A stretch of DNA of 64,000 nucleotides from Candidatus Latescibacterota bacterium (GCA_965222075.1 OZ244937.1:2624001-2688000); one strand, 5' to 3'. Positions 9,823-20,022 are shown, numbered from the stretch's first letter. The notes: generated by a model not told the origin, from the letters alone. Translations and numbers: made by a program.

Positions 9823-12800
9823 TTATTTCGGATTCTCGCCCACTGCCTGTTCCTTCAACATCTGTTCGCCCTGCTCCCGGTATTTCGCCTTATCCGCCGC
9901 ATCCACGGTCCGCCAGATCAAAAATTGTTTCCGCAGCGCATTCGTAAACCCCTGGTTCACCCGCCGCCATGAGGCCGCATCTCCGGAGAGCCGGTCGATC
10001 GTTAGCGACAGCGTGTAGATATTGTACTCCCCGGTCGGCACTGCCTCAAAGTGGACCTGTTCGCTCACGCCCAGATCGAACGGCGCCAGCCAGATGGCCG
10101 TATCGATCGTATATCCCTTTCCCTTTTCAGTCTCGATTGCACCCAGCGTCGCGCCGTCGGTGTAAAACGTCCCCATCGCTTCGCCGCTGTGCGACTCAAA
10201 ATAGCCCACCAGAAAGACCGAGAGCCCAAACACATCGCTGCCCCCTACCGTAAATGGGAACTCGAAGTGCCAGCGGTCGCCGTCCGGCTCCGGCAGCTTC
10301 CAGCGGCGGGTGACATCCGGCACCGCCATCAAAGAGGCCTGCCGGGCCGGATAGAGGGTGGAAAGGATCACCACCGCCATGACCAGACCCGAAGAGGAAA
10401 TGGCCGAAAGCGACGAATAATTGAGCGTAACCCCCTCAAGCCAGCCCTGCGCAAGCAGCACCTTGGCCACCCCCTGTCCCATCAGGTACCCGCTCACCGT
10501 GCCTAAAACCGCATACACGCAGGCCTCGGCGACAAAGAGGAAGGCAATGTGGACCGGCGCCAGGCCCACCGCAGAATAGATCCCGATCTCCCGAAAACGT
10601 TCGTAGACCGACCCCATCATCGTATTCAGCACAATCAGGGCCGCAACCAGGATCGGAATAAAGAGGTTGCCCAGCCCTCGCAGCGAGGTATGGCCCAAAG
10701 AGCTGTAGACCGAAATCCGGATCCGCCCCTCATCGTCGGGAATACCCACAAAGAGGACCACCGAAAGCCGCGAAAGAAAGGCCTTTACCTGCGCCTGAAT
10801 ATCCACACCCGGATGGAACCGGACGGCCACAGACTGCAAGGGGCTGCCCACCTCGCGCAGCAGATAGTAAGGGATAATCAGGATATTGTCCGGGTCGAGG
10901 TGTTCGAAGGGCAGGATATCGACCTCCGGCTCTTCCAGCCCCTTCTTCTCTCGCCGCGACTGTGTATACATCCGGGAGATCGCCTCTTCATCCGTCTCTT
11001 CAAAGTCGGCCGGGCTGAGAATCTCGCCGTCTAAGTCCTTCACCTGCTGGAATTCCTCCGAATCGATCAGGCCGATAACCGTCAGCTGCTCCCCGAAGAG
11101 CCGAACCTGACGGTTGCCCACGTCATCAGGCGTAATTCCCAGCAGATCCGCGACCTTCCCCGGCAGGATACAGGCCCGTTCTCCCGGCCGGAACCAGCGG
11201 CCGGTACTGAGACAGCGGTCAATACCCGTCACCTCGGCCTCCTGTGGGGCCATTCCAAGCACACCCAGTGCCACGGTGGTCTTGTTCTCCGACTTCACTG
11301 GAATCTTCTTCTTGTCCCGGGTGTAATACCAGCTCCGGGGGGCCACCACGCCCAGATCCTTAAAATGGGTCACCGCATAGTCGTAGGCCACCTCCTCCAG
11401 GGCGCCCCAGAACTGGCTGCGGACCAGCACGCCCGGGTAGCCCCCCTCGCTATCCCGGTGGAGCTGGTGGAACTGTAGGGTCGACTTGATCGATGTGAAA
11501 GAAAGGACGGTAAAAGTGAGCAGCAGCAGCGTCACAAAGGTCAACCAGGTGCGCAGCTTGCGGCGCTTCATGTTGGCAATGCCAAGGTGGAAGGCGGCTA
11601 AGGAGGCGCTGATGCGGCCCACATCGGTCTCGTGCAGCAGAACCTCGTCGGTCCGCAGCCGGCGCATATTCTCGTTAAACCGGGAAAATACGAGCCAGAT
11701 CACAAAAATTGCAAGCGCCAGAATGACGAAAGCCAGAAGCACCACAAAGGGGTTGGAGAGGTCAAACGCCGGGTGGACCACGGAGAGGAACATCCAGATC
11801 ACCGCAAAGATTCCGGCAAACCCGACAACCTGCCAGCGGATATCGGGGGCGGTAAAAATCAGGCGCTCGGTAAAAAAGGCACAGGGGATGACCAGGGCCA
11901 TAAAGAAGATAATCCCCCGGATCACATCGTTCTGGGTTGCCTTCACATCCGGATATGCCCGCGACTCGATCCCCAGCGCCGCCCGGGTATGTTTCATAAA
12001 AGCATCCCAGAGCTTCTCCGCCATCGCCGCTTCGGCCTGCTTGAGGTGATACGCCGCATCGGCATGGAGGGTATTCAGCCGGTGATTCTCAATCGCATAC
12101 CGCTTCAACTCCTGCATCCGGGCCTCATCCAGCGTCCACATATCCTTCGCAGCCTGGAAGGACGTACGCGCAAACGACCCGTGGGTCAGCGTCGTAAACC
12201 CCTTGCCGCGGGCGGCCTCCTTGCTCTTGGCGCTCTGGGCGTTGAGCAGCAGGAAGCGCACGCCGATAACGCCTGAGCGCATCGCAATCTTGACCTTTTC
12301 CCCGGGCCGGGTGAAAATCGTTCCCACCGGCTCGGTCGGTCCAAATCCAATCGCATAGCCGTACTCCTGAGGGGCCGTATGACCCTCCCCGTAAATGCTG
12401 ATCTGCGAGAGCTTGGTCAGATAGCGGGGATCGACCGTGTCGTAGAAATCTGTGGCAATGCACGGAAAGAGGATGAGGGTGCGCTTGGAGATCCACCAGT
12501 CCATGTCAAACTCGCCCCGGTAGATCTGTGCCTGCTGCCCGAAGTTGGGCGCATAGGTAATCTCCCCCGTATCCGGATCGAGGTAATAGGCGGACACCGA
12601 CACCCGGCGTTCCGCGATGCCGGGCATGTAGAACTCCCCCTTCTCATCGGCCACATCGTAGTAGATTCGGCGTACCCCTTTGATCGACTTGTCGATGCCC
12701 ATCCGCAGGGCGGCCACCGCCCCCGGTTTGGGACGGTCGGGCACAATGCTGCGTCTGGGAAAGGTCCGCACAAACCCCTTCAACCCCCGCATCCGGTCGT

Positions 12801-14334
12801 CTGGATTGAGCCGGTAATCGGGCAGAAGGTCGGGACTGTTCAGGGCCAGGTCGAGTACCCCGGCCAGGAGGCGAACCTGTCCGGTCAGGTTCTGGTAGTT
12901 CACAAACGCCGGCCGGTCTAAGGGCGTATCCACCCGGAACCGGGCGTCGTTCACCGTAACCAGAGACAGCGCAGGGGTACCCGCCTCTAAGACAACCTCC
13001 CCGTCCGTCTTCAAATCCTTTCCCGGAATGTACATATCCCAGGTCATGCCGCCCGTCGGATTGATCCCATCCGCCAGGGCACGCTTCGGATCCAGCCCGA
13101 ACCCCTCGGCGATCGCCTTGGAAAATCGGACAAACGTCTTCCCAAAAGGCGTAAAGAACCGCTGATAGTAAAAACTCCGGGTGCTGTTCCAGACCCCAAC
13201 CTCATCGGTCTGGCTGGTCAGATCCAGTCCGATGAAGAGGCGAATATCGATCGGGTCGGTCACCAGCGCCCTAAAATGCCTCTCCTTCCGGGCGTGGCGC
13301 CCCAGAAAGTCGCAGATCCCACGAAACCCCAGGTGATGCGAGGAAGTGGCCAGAAAGAGCACCGTGCGTGCAGGCGGATACCGGCTGAAGTAGTCCACCA
13401 GTTCCATCAAAGCCACAATACCGCAGGCCATCTCCGCGCCGGGAGCCAGGGCCGGCACAACCGACATGGCGTCGTAATAGGCGCTGATCACCACAATCTG
13501 GTCCCTCAGCTCCGGATCGGTCCCCGGCACCGTCCCCAGGATGTTGTGCGCAGACAGCTTCTCCCAGTCCATCCGGGCGTTCAGTTCAACCTCGAGTTCC
13601 CCCTCTTGGGCCAGGAGCCGCTGCAGCGTCTCCCCGGATGCCTTGTCAATCCAGAACCGCTCCACGCGGTTGGGCACCTGGAGAAATTTCTGCTCGGCCT
13701 CTGTATAAAACGTGGAATCGGGTTCGATAAAAATAACCTGCCCGGCCCCCAGGGTGGCGGCATTGAGCCAGTTGTTCCAGGAGTTAAACACCATCAGAAC
13801 CGCCACACCTTCCATATCGTGGCCGTTAAATTCCCCGAACGTCCCGCTGCCGCCGTAGACAAGGCGGGTGCGAACGCCCCAGCGGGGGAGCGTGGAGGTC
13901 TTCACCAAATTCGGCCAGACCGCATAAATGGGAAAAGAGACCCCGCTTTTCACAAGCGTAAGCCTCCCCCCCTTGTCCACTGGAGACGTCACATCAAAGG
14001 CCTCGGTCCTGACATCCTCAAGCCCGAGGCGCTCAAATTCCTGCTGGATAAACCCGGCGGCGGCCTCGTGGCCGGGATAACCCGGAACGCGGGACCCCTG
14101 CTCGGTAAAACGGGCCATCAACCGGCGTACATCTGCCCCGGAGACCGCGTCTAAGACCCGGGCGGTCACTTCTTCGGCCCTTGAAACCCCCTTGGGAAAC
14201 ACGGGAGTGGGAGGCCTCAGGCCCAGGAAGTCCGACAGCCAGGGGTTGATCCGGTCGGGCCCTGCGCCTATCGCAAAAAACGCAAATGCCGCGAACCCGA
14301 CAAGCAGAATCAATCCGATGCGGCGAACGGCCAT
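9823..14334 (-). CDS. 1503-aa fusion: M28-fold/PA ectodomain (degenerate active site) + TM block + MacB periplasmic core + FtsX permease
   Basis: N-terminal signal/TM; SRVPGYPGH; NILGTVPG; SAYYD; APGAE; GRWFRPGERACILP (MacB core); SVYERFREIGIYSAVG (FtsX motif). Confidence 0.75.
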   Translation of the reverse strand: MAVRRIGLILLVGFAAFAFFAIGAGPDRINPWLSDFLGLRPPTPVFPKGVSRAEEVTARVLDAVSGADVRRLMARFTEQGSRVPGYPGHEAAAGFIQQEFERLGLEDVRTEAFDVTSPVDKGGRLTLVKSGVSFPIYAVWPNLVKTSTLPRWGVRTRLVYGGSGTFGEFNGHDMEGVAVLMVFNSWNNWLNAATLGAGQVIFIEPDSTFYTEAEQKFLQVPNRVERFWIDKASGETLQRLLAQEGELEVELNARMDWEKLSAHNILGTVPGTDPELRDQIVVISAYYDAMSVVPALAPGAEMACGIVALMELVDYFSRYPPARTVLFLATSSHHLGFRGICDFLGRHARKERHFRALVTDPIDIRLFIGLDLTSQTDEVGVWNSTRSFYYQRFFTPFGKTFVRFSKAIAEGFGLDPKRALADGINPTGGMTWDMYIPGKDLKTDGEVVLEAGTPALSLVTVNDARFRVDTPLDRPAFVNYQNLTGQVRLLAGVLDLALNSPDLLPDYRLNPDDRMRGLKGFVRTFPRRSIVPDRPKPGAVAALRMGIDKSIKGVRRIYYDVADEKGEFYMPGIAERRVSVSAYYLDPDTGEITYAPNFGQQAQIYRGEFDMDWWISKRTLILFPCIATDFYDTVDPRYLTKLSQISIYGEGHTAPQEYGYAIGFGPTEPVGTIFTRPGEKVKIAMRSGVIGVRFLLLNAQSAKSKEAARGKGFTTLTHGSFARTSFQAAKDMWTLDEARMQELKRYAIENHRLNTLHADAAYHLKQAEAAMAEKLWDAFMKHTRAALGIESRAYPDVKATQNDVIRGIIFFMALVIPCAFFTERLIFTAPDIRWQVVGFAGIFAVIWMFLSVVHPAFDLSNPFVVLLAFVILALAIFVIWLVFSRFNENMRRLRTDEVLLHETDVGRISASLAAFHLGIANMKRRKLRTWLTFVTLLLLTFTVLSFTSIKSTLQFHQLHRDSEGGYPGVLVRSQFWGALEEVAYDYAVTHFKDLGVVAPRSWYYTRDKKKIPVKSENKTTVALGVLGMAPQEAEVTGIDRCLSTGRWFRPGERACILPGKVADLLGITPDDVGNRQVRLFGEQLTVIGLIDSEEFQQVKDLDGEILSPADFEETDEEAISRMYTQSRREKKGLEEPEVDILPFEHLDPDNILIIPYYLLREVGSPLQSVAVRFHPGVDIQAQVKAFLSRLSVVLFVGIPDDEGRIRISVYSSLGHTSLRGLGNLFIPILVAALIVLNTMMGSVYERFREIGIYSAVGLAPVHIAFLFVAEACVYAVLGTVSGYLMGQGVAKVLLAQGWLEGVTLNYSSLSAISSSGLVMAVVILSTLYPARQASLMAVPDVTRRWKLPEPDGDRWHFEFPFTVGGSDVFGLSVFLVGYFESHSGEAMGTFYTDGATLGAIETEKGKGYTIDTAIWLAPFDLGVSEQVHFEAVPTGEYNIYTLSLTIDRLSGDAASWRRVNQGFTNALRKQFLIWRTVDAADKAKYREQGEQMLKEQAVGENPK

Positions 14335-14446
14335 TGAACAATCACCTCAACCAACTTAAATATTGCGGATTGAATGGCTTTTATTCCAGGCAGGGGAGAC
14401 GATCCGGCTGGGCGTTAGCCAATCGTCCGGGGTGGGGGTCCGAAAT

Positions 14447-16468
14447 CTAAAATCGATGGACATAATGCCCCCGTTCCGGAAACCAGATCATATCCACAAA
14501 CGTAGACAGCGCGATCCCTAAGACATAACCCACCAGCGCTCCGACGAAAAACGGCCGGGATTTCCGGTAAACCGACGGCCCGCCCACCTTCAGCATCACC
14601 AGCTTGATCAACCAGGCCATAAAAATCGTAAAACTCGTCCGTCGGGCCAGATAAGACCCCGAAATGGCCAGCCCCACCGGGTGCAGCGGCCACCAGACAA
14701 ACCGGTGGCGAAGGTAGATCAGCCCGGCCATGGCTACCCCGCCAATGCCGAAAAAGACGAGCTGGCCGGGATTTTCCATATAGACGGGAAGACCTGGATC
14801 TTTCGTAAAAAAATTCTTAACGGAAGTCGCCGTATATTTGAAATGCCTCATGCCGCCGCGTACGACCTGGTAACTGTGGAAGTTGTAAGCGCCGTCCCGG
14901 TACCCCAGATGGAGCGTTAGAAACACGCTCACCAGAAGGCTGATCAGAAACGCAAGGGCGATCGCAGCCATCAACGACCGCCGGTTGCGCCGAACCCCTT
15001 CGGCAATCCGCCCGGCATGGGCCAGAGCCGGAAGAAACAGCCCTTTGTAGTGCGAGACCATCCTCGACGCGAACCGGTAGGCCACGCGGGTGCTCGGACC
15101 AATGGCATAGCCACCGATAAAGGGGCCCACCAGTCCCCAGGGACCGGCCGGCACGTTGGTGTAGGGCATCCCCGTATCCGCCAGGATCTTGGCCATGCCC
15201 ACATAGGTGAAAATCACCGCCAGCAGCAACAGCACCGCCTGCAGAGGGTCGAACCCGATGCGGAAAAGCCAGACCCACATATAGGCCAGGCCGATGAGCA
15301 GCCCGATGAGCGCGGTGCGGTAAGAAAGGAGTTCGTCCCGGTCCTCAAGCGGATAGTCGCGGTTCAGCGCCTTATGGAACACATCCCGGATGTGGCGGCG
15401 AGCCACCCAGAACATGGAGAGGACCAGGACAAAGTAGGCTCCTTTTGTCTGCCAATAGTAATCGCTTCGGTAGTAGTAGGGCGAGATAACACTAAAGCCT
15501 ATCTTGTTGAGGTTACCCCCTTCAACAATAAAGAGCAGGTCGAAGAGCCAGATGCTGAGCAAAACGTCCAAGCTGGCAAAATAGGAAAAGAAAATCGTAA
15601 AAAGACCGAAAAATCCCCAGATTGGAGGGAACTGCCGGTCAATCCAGTACCAGCGCCCTCTGTATACCGGAAACCGGGGAAAACCGGGGAAAAAGTAGTT
15701 GAGACAGTTCCAGGCGATCATCCCGAAAGAGATCCCGAACCCGATCCAGAAGAGATAGTTTCTTGTAAATTCCGGCAGCCAGCGCTTCCCCGACCCCGGC
15801 CTGGAGGCCATATCGATCAGCGGGGCCACAGCCGGAAACACGAGGCGCTCGTGATGCACCCACTGCTTCCGGAAAATCACGGCCACACAGGCCAGGGCCA
15901 CAAAGGCGGCCACAATCATCGTAGTCCACCAGAACAGCGGCAACAGCCAGACCCCCCAGGGCACCTCTGCCCCCTGGGGAAGGCCCTCGTAGAACCAGGA
16001 GACGGCCTTTCCCTCATTTGAAGGCACCAGCCAGTTCGGAATGTAGGGATGGAGATACTTGTCCCACTCATTCTCAAGAGTGGCAAAGTAAAAGGGCGCA
16101 GCCATATAGCCGATCAGGTAGCCGCTGAGCCCGTAGACGGGTATGGCGGCGCCCACAAGCCCCATGGCCAGGATGGTGTGCCACTCGGAGGGCGAAAGCA
16201 CCACCCCGGTCAAACGGGAGATGACCGCCCCCCCCATCATCATCAAGGCAAAAACGATGAGCATCGCCATAGGAATATGGCTGTAGCTCATCAACGAGGC
16301 GTGTAAGACGTAGCGGACGTAAATGGCAAAAACGTCCAGCCCAACGACCAGAACCAGACCCAGCAGGACGGCCCGGGTGGTAACTCCTGTAGGTCTCAGA
16401 GCATCAGAAAGGGCGCCCGATGGGGCCTCAACGGTCTCTGTCTGAACGATTCGAGGGTCGGTTGCCAT
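14447..16468 (-). CDS. DUF6785/DUF6784-like polytopic membrane protein
   Basis: RKQWVHHERLVFP, WWPLHPVG and RPFFVG motifs recalled for this family; about 16 hydrophobic segments; likely start MATDP. Confidence 0.65.
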   Translation of the reverse strand: MATDPRIVQTETVEAPSGALSDALRPTGVTTRAVLLGLVLVVGLDVFAIYVRYVLHASLMSYSHIPMAMLIVFALMMMGGAVISRLTGVVLSPSEWHTILAMGLVGAAIPVYGLSGYLIGYMAAPFYFATLENEWDKYLHPYIPNWLVPSNEGKAVSWFYEGLPQGAEVPWGVWLLPLFWWTTMIVAAFVALACVAVIFRKQWVHHERLVFPAVAPLIDMASRPGSGKRWLPEFTRNYLFWIGFGISFGMIAWNCLNYFFPGFPRFPVYRGRWYWIDRQFPPIWGFFGLFTIFFSYFASLDVLLSIWLFDLLFIVEGGNLNKIGFSVISPYYYRSDYYWQTKGAYFVLVLSMFWVARRHIRDVFHKALNRDYPLEDRDELLSYRTALIGLLIGLAYMWVWLFRIGFDPLQAVLLLLAVIFTYVGMAKILADTGMPYTNVPAGPWGLVGPFIGGYAIGPSTRVAYRFASRMVSHYKGLFLPALAHAGRIAEGVRRNRRSLMAAIALAFLISLLVSVFLTLHLGYRDGAYNFHSYQVVRGGMRHFKYTATSVKNFFTKDPGLPVYMENPGQLVFFGIGGVAMAGLIYLRHRFVWWPLHPVGLAISGSYLARRTSFTIFMAWLIKLVMLKVGGPSVYRKSRPFFVGALVGYVLGIALSTFVDMIWFPERGHYVHRF

Positions 16469-16537
16469 TTTCAGCCGAGGGGAATCTCCTGCAATTCTTC
16501 GACATAGGAATAAAAATAATGTTGAGTATATCGTCAC

Positions 16538-16781
16538 GGTACACGACAAAAAATCAAGGTCCTATATAACCCCTTGATATACAATGAGATCTATTAGCCC
16601 CACAACGTGCGTTGGATCGGAAATGGTGAGCAACCAGTGACTTCTCGCTTCCTGTGCAGTGCAAAAGCAGGGTTTACACAGCATATCCGAGGCGAATAAA
16701 GCATATGCGTTACGGAATCTGGAGGCTTTTTAGTCCGTAATTAACTGCTTTACAATGTATTAGAAAGTTTTGTCGTGTACC
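16538..16781. repeat. Perfect 14-bp inverted repeat bracketing the operon leader
   Basis: GGTACACGACAAAA (16538-16551) and TTTTGTCGTGTACC (16768-16781). Confidence 0.8.
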
Positions 16782-16783
16782 TT

Positions 16784-16812
16784 AGTATATCGTACAACTT
16801 TCGTTTTGTCAA
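16784..16812 (-). promoter_or_regulatory. sigma70-type promoter for the membrane-protein operon
   Basis: Minus strand TTGACA-17bp-TATACT. Confidence 0.65.
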
Positions 16813-16971
16813 ATAAATATTCATAGGCACCAAAATACAGGCTCTGGTTTCATGCCCTTCATTATTATGGGAGCGGTTCTACGCCTATTCCCCAGGAGGT
16901 CCCCATGCGTCATACCGTCTGTTCACAATCTGCCAAAGGCTGACACAGAGGCGTATTCCTTTTCGAGATTC

Positions 16972-17000
16972 TTGACTTCAGCAGGCCATTTTGTTAGATT
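16972..17000 (+). promoter_or_regulatory. Promoter of tRNA-Phe
   Basis: TTGACT-17bp-TAGATT about 46 bp upstream of the tRNA. Confidence 0.5.
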
Positions 17001-17046
17001 TTCCTTATGCCGATTGAAGTCCGAAACAAGCCTCGGACAAGATGGA

Positions 17047-17122
<76 letters not shown>

Positions 17123-17139
17123 CCTCTTCCGATGCGTCG

Positions 17140-17184
17140 AGGCATCTGTGGCCCCGTTGAGAGGGTGTGCAGATGCCTTTTTTG
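17140..17184 (+). terminator. Putative rho-independent terminator after tRNA-Phe
   Basis: AGGCATCTG...CAGATGCCT stem followed by a T run. Confidence 0.5.
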
Positions 17185-17337
17185 CGTTAGCAAGTTCACA
17201 AACGGTGACCACAGCGGCCCGGTCCCGGCCAGACCACCTTCATACTTGTCATGATTGACTTCCTTAAAAAGATACATTACCTTCATAAAGCGGAACAAAA
17301 GCGGAACAGAACAGGATTCTCACCGTGACCGGAAGGT

Positions 17338-17514
17338 ATGGATATGGCCGTTCCTGAGCATATTGTGGATCGGGACCGCCTGATCGAACTGGTTCGGCAG
17401 GGGAGCACTCCCGAACAGATCGCGGAAATATTCCGCGTGGATGGAGGCATCGTTCGCGATATGATCCGGCGTCTCGAACAGAATGGGTATTACGACCTGC
17501 TCCGGAGAAAATGA
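17338..17514 (+). CDS. 58-aa small helix-turn-helix protein (below the ORF-track cutoff)
   Basis: MDMAVPEHIVDRDRLIELVRQGSTPEQIAEIFRVDGGIVRDMIRRLEQNGYYDLLRRK*; HTH pattern; purine-rich GGAAGG before the start. Confidence 0.6.
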   Translation: MDMAVPEHIVDRDRLIELVRQGSTPEQIAEIFRVDGGIVRDMIRRLEQNGYYDLLRRK

Positions 17515-17579
17515 CCCGAAAGACGGGCATCGCAGTTCTTGCCCTCTTCCATATACCACCATGGCTGGCGCCCCGGAGA

Positions 17580-18443
17580 TCACGCCCGAGGCTTCCATCG
17601 AAACCGCCCGGCAGGAAGAAGGAAGGGGCGCTTGCCGTATGCGACAAACGCCCCTTTGAGCCCCTCCTGAATGTCACCCTCGATCTCCTGAATGTCAATC
17701 TCGTCACGTCTCCGCACCCGTTCCACGTAACCGTCACGCAGGTCCACCACACGGTCGGAAGCCACCAGCATCTTGTGGTCGTGGGTGTTGGTCACAACCG
17801 TAACGCCGCTCTCTTGCTGGAGCCTTTTGAGAAGCTCGATAATCTCCTGCCCCGTGTTCAGATCCAGGTTTCCGGTGGGCTCATCGGCCAAGATCAGATC
17901 GGGGTCGTTGGCCATCGCGCGGGCAATGGCTACCCGCTGTTGCTGCCCCCCGGAGAGTTCGAACGGTTTGTGGTGCAAGCGATCTTCCAGGCCGACCAAA
18001 TTGAGTTTGTAAGCGGCTTTTTCTTCATACTCCGACTTGTTCATCCCGGAGAAAACCATCGGAAGCGCCACATTGTCCAGCGCCGTCATCACCGGAATCA
18101 GATTGAAACTCTGAAAAATATAGCCGATATTGTGACAGCGGTGGTAGGCGATTTGAGACTGGCTCAATGACGCCATGTTAATCCCGTTGACCCCCACCTC
18201 GCCCTTTGTAGGCCGGTCCAGAGCGCCAATCATATTGAAGAGGGTCGTCTTCCCCGACCCGGATGGACCCATAATGGAGAGGTATTCGCCCCGGATCACA
18301 TCGAGCGTGACCCCCTTGAGGGCGTGAACTTCCACATCGCCCATCCGGTAGGTCTTCCAGACGTCTCGAACCCCGATGATATAATCCTCTTCAGCACCTT
18401 GCGGCCCGGCGGCTGCGGGTTGCTCTTCAGGCTCCTGTGCCAT
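17580..18443 (-). CDS. ABC transporter ATP-binding protein, LolD/MacB-type
   Basis: Walker A GPSGSGKT, LSGGQQQR, ILADEPTGNLD, THD. Confidence 0.92.
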   Translation of the reverse strand: MAQEPEEQPAAAGPQGAEEDYIIGVRDVWKTYRMGDVEVHALKGVTLDVIRGEYLSIMGPSGSGKTTLFNMIGALDRPTKGEVGVNGINMASLSQSQIAYHRCHNIGYIFQSFNLIPVMTALDNVALPMVFSGMNKSEYEEKAAYKLNLVGLEDRLHHKPFELSGGQQQRVAIARAMANDPDLILADEPTGNLDLNTGQEIIELLKRLQQESGVTVVTNTHDHKMLVASDRVVDLRDGYVERVRRRDEIDIQEIEGDIQEGLKGAFVAYGKRPFLLPAGRFRWKPRA

Positions 18444-18494
18444 CTATCCGCTCCCTTGAATTGTCCTGGACTGAAATATAAAATCGACCTGCTT

Positions 18495-18523
18495 ATGGTA
18501 GAAAAATTCGCCCAACCTGTCAA
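18495..18523 (-). promoter_or_regulatory. sigma70-type promoter of the ABC ATPase
   Basis: Minus strand TTGACA-17bp-TACCAT. Confidence 0.5.
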
Positions 18524-18619
18524 GCCTTTTATGACCTTTCATTCATAAAAACAAATGCAACCACCGATAAACACGGATTATCCACGATGCTGTTTTTTTA
18601 TCCCGGAGAGGAGCTATTG

Positions 18620-19444
18620 ATGAAACTCGCCGTATGCAACGAATTTTTTGACGGCTGGAAAATTGAACAGATCTTCGACTATGCAGCGGAAATCGGATGT
18701 GACGGCGTGGAAATCGCCCCCTTCACCCTCGCCGATTCCGTCAACCGTATCTCTGCGGCCCGGCGTAAAAACATCCGAAAAGCCGCCGATGCGGCCGGTG
18801 TCGAAATCGTGGGCCTCCACTGGCTGCTCCTCAAACCCGAAGGCCTCTACATCACCCACCCCGACGCAAAGGTCCGAACGCGCACCCAGGACTACATCAA
18901 AGCCCTCATCAACTTCTGCGGAGACATCGGCGGAAAGGTGATGATCCACGGCTCGCCTCAGCAGCGCAACATCCAGAAGGGCTGGGACCCCGAGGAATGC
19001 TGGAAATGGGCCGTTGACCTCTTTGCCGGCTGCACCGACCTGATGGCCAGGCGGGAAATCACCTACTGCATCGAACCCCTTACCGGCCAGGAGACCAACT
19101 TCATCACCTCCATGGCCGACGCCCTGAAACTGGTCGCCGCCGTGGACCACCCCAACTTTCAGACCATGGTCGACTGCAAGGCCGCCGCCTCCGAAAACAA
19201 GCCCCACGTGGACGTCATCGCCCAGGCAGGCAAGGCCCTGCGGCATGTCCACGTCAACGATCCCAACCTGCGCGGACCGGGGTTTGGAACCCTCGGCTTT
19301 GCCCCCATCCTCAAAGCCCTCAAAGACCGGGCCTACACCGGCTACGTCTCCGTCGAGGTCTTCGATTTCGAACCCGACCCGCAGACCATCGCATCTCGCA
19401 GCATCGGCTACCTGCGCGGCATCCTGGAAGGGCTGTCCGCCTGA
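18620..19444 (+). CDS. Sugar phosphate isomerase/epimerase (D-tagatose/psicose 3-epimerase-like TIM barrel)
   Basis: GVEIAP, IEPL..ETN, D, HVHVND, SVEVF metal-binding pattern. Confidence 0.85.
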   Translation: MKLAVCNEFFDGWKIEQIFDYAAEIGCDGVEIAPFTLADSVNRISAARRKNIRKAADAAGVEIVGLHWLLLKPEGLYITHPDAKVRTRTQDYIKALINFCGDIGGKVMIHGSPQQRNIQKGWDPEECWKWAVDLFAGCTDLMARREITYCIEPLTGQETNFITSMADALKLVAAVDHPNFQTMVDCKAAASENKPHVDVIAQAGKALRHVHVNDPNLRGPGFGTLGFAPILKALKDRAYTGYVSVEVFDFEPDPQTIASRSIGYLRGILEGLSA

Positions 19445-19518
19445 AAAACGGTGTGATATTTATGCCTCTTCCGATAGAGGATAGCCGTCCTCATAATCTT
19501 TATGCAACAAAGCCTGCA

Positions 19519-20022
19519 TCAGAGTAATAGGCTTATGGCTGGACCGGACACCATGATGATTATCATGGCAATGCCCAGAATCGTGCTTCTCTCACGCACT
19601 GCGAGAAACGTGTTCCAGAACGTTCCCTCTACTTTAATGCCAGCCTTTGAAAGCAGGAATAAAATATCCGATAATATGAGAATGCCAAGCATCAATTGAG
19701 TAAGATCTGTTATAAAGCGGTCCCAATAACCCCATATTGCAAAAAACTGAGCTGGATGCCATCCAGGCGGGGAACGCTGTGCAGCCGTGCTCTCGGCGAT
19801 TGGTATTGGGATCACAGAGGTTACGAATGACAGTGTCACGGATAGAACCAAATAGGCTCCCAACCACGGCAGACTGTTAAGCTTGAATTTTCGGTGTATC
19901 CAGATGCCGGAAACCAGAATCAAGCTCCACAGCGCAAGCCTGGAAATACTTGACAGACTAAAGAGTGTATATGCCATATTGTCCATAATTTTCCACCTTT
20001 CAGACCACTGCTGGAGCATCAA
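19519..20022 (-). CDS. Hypothetical integral membrane protein in a low-GC segment
   Basis: 167-aa ORF with about 4 hydrophobic segments; start uncertain. Confidence 0.45.
   Translation of the reverse strand: MMLQQWSERWKIMDNMAYTLFSLSSISRLALWSLILVSGIWIHRKFKLNSLPWLGAYLVLSVTLSFVTSVIPIPIAESTAAQRSPPGWHPAQFFAIWGYWDRFITDLTQLMLGILILSDILFLLSKAGIKVEGTFWNTFLAVRERSTILGIAMIIIMVSGPAISLLL

Noticed and set aside
17264-17752. Minus-strand ORFs 17264-17752 and 17320-17598
   Set aside because: No motifs; the plus-strand 58-aa HTH ORF explains the region better
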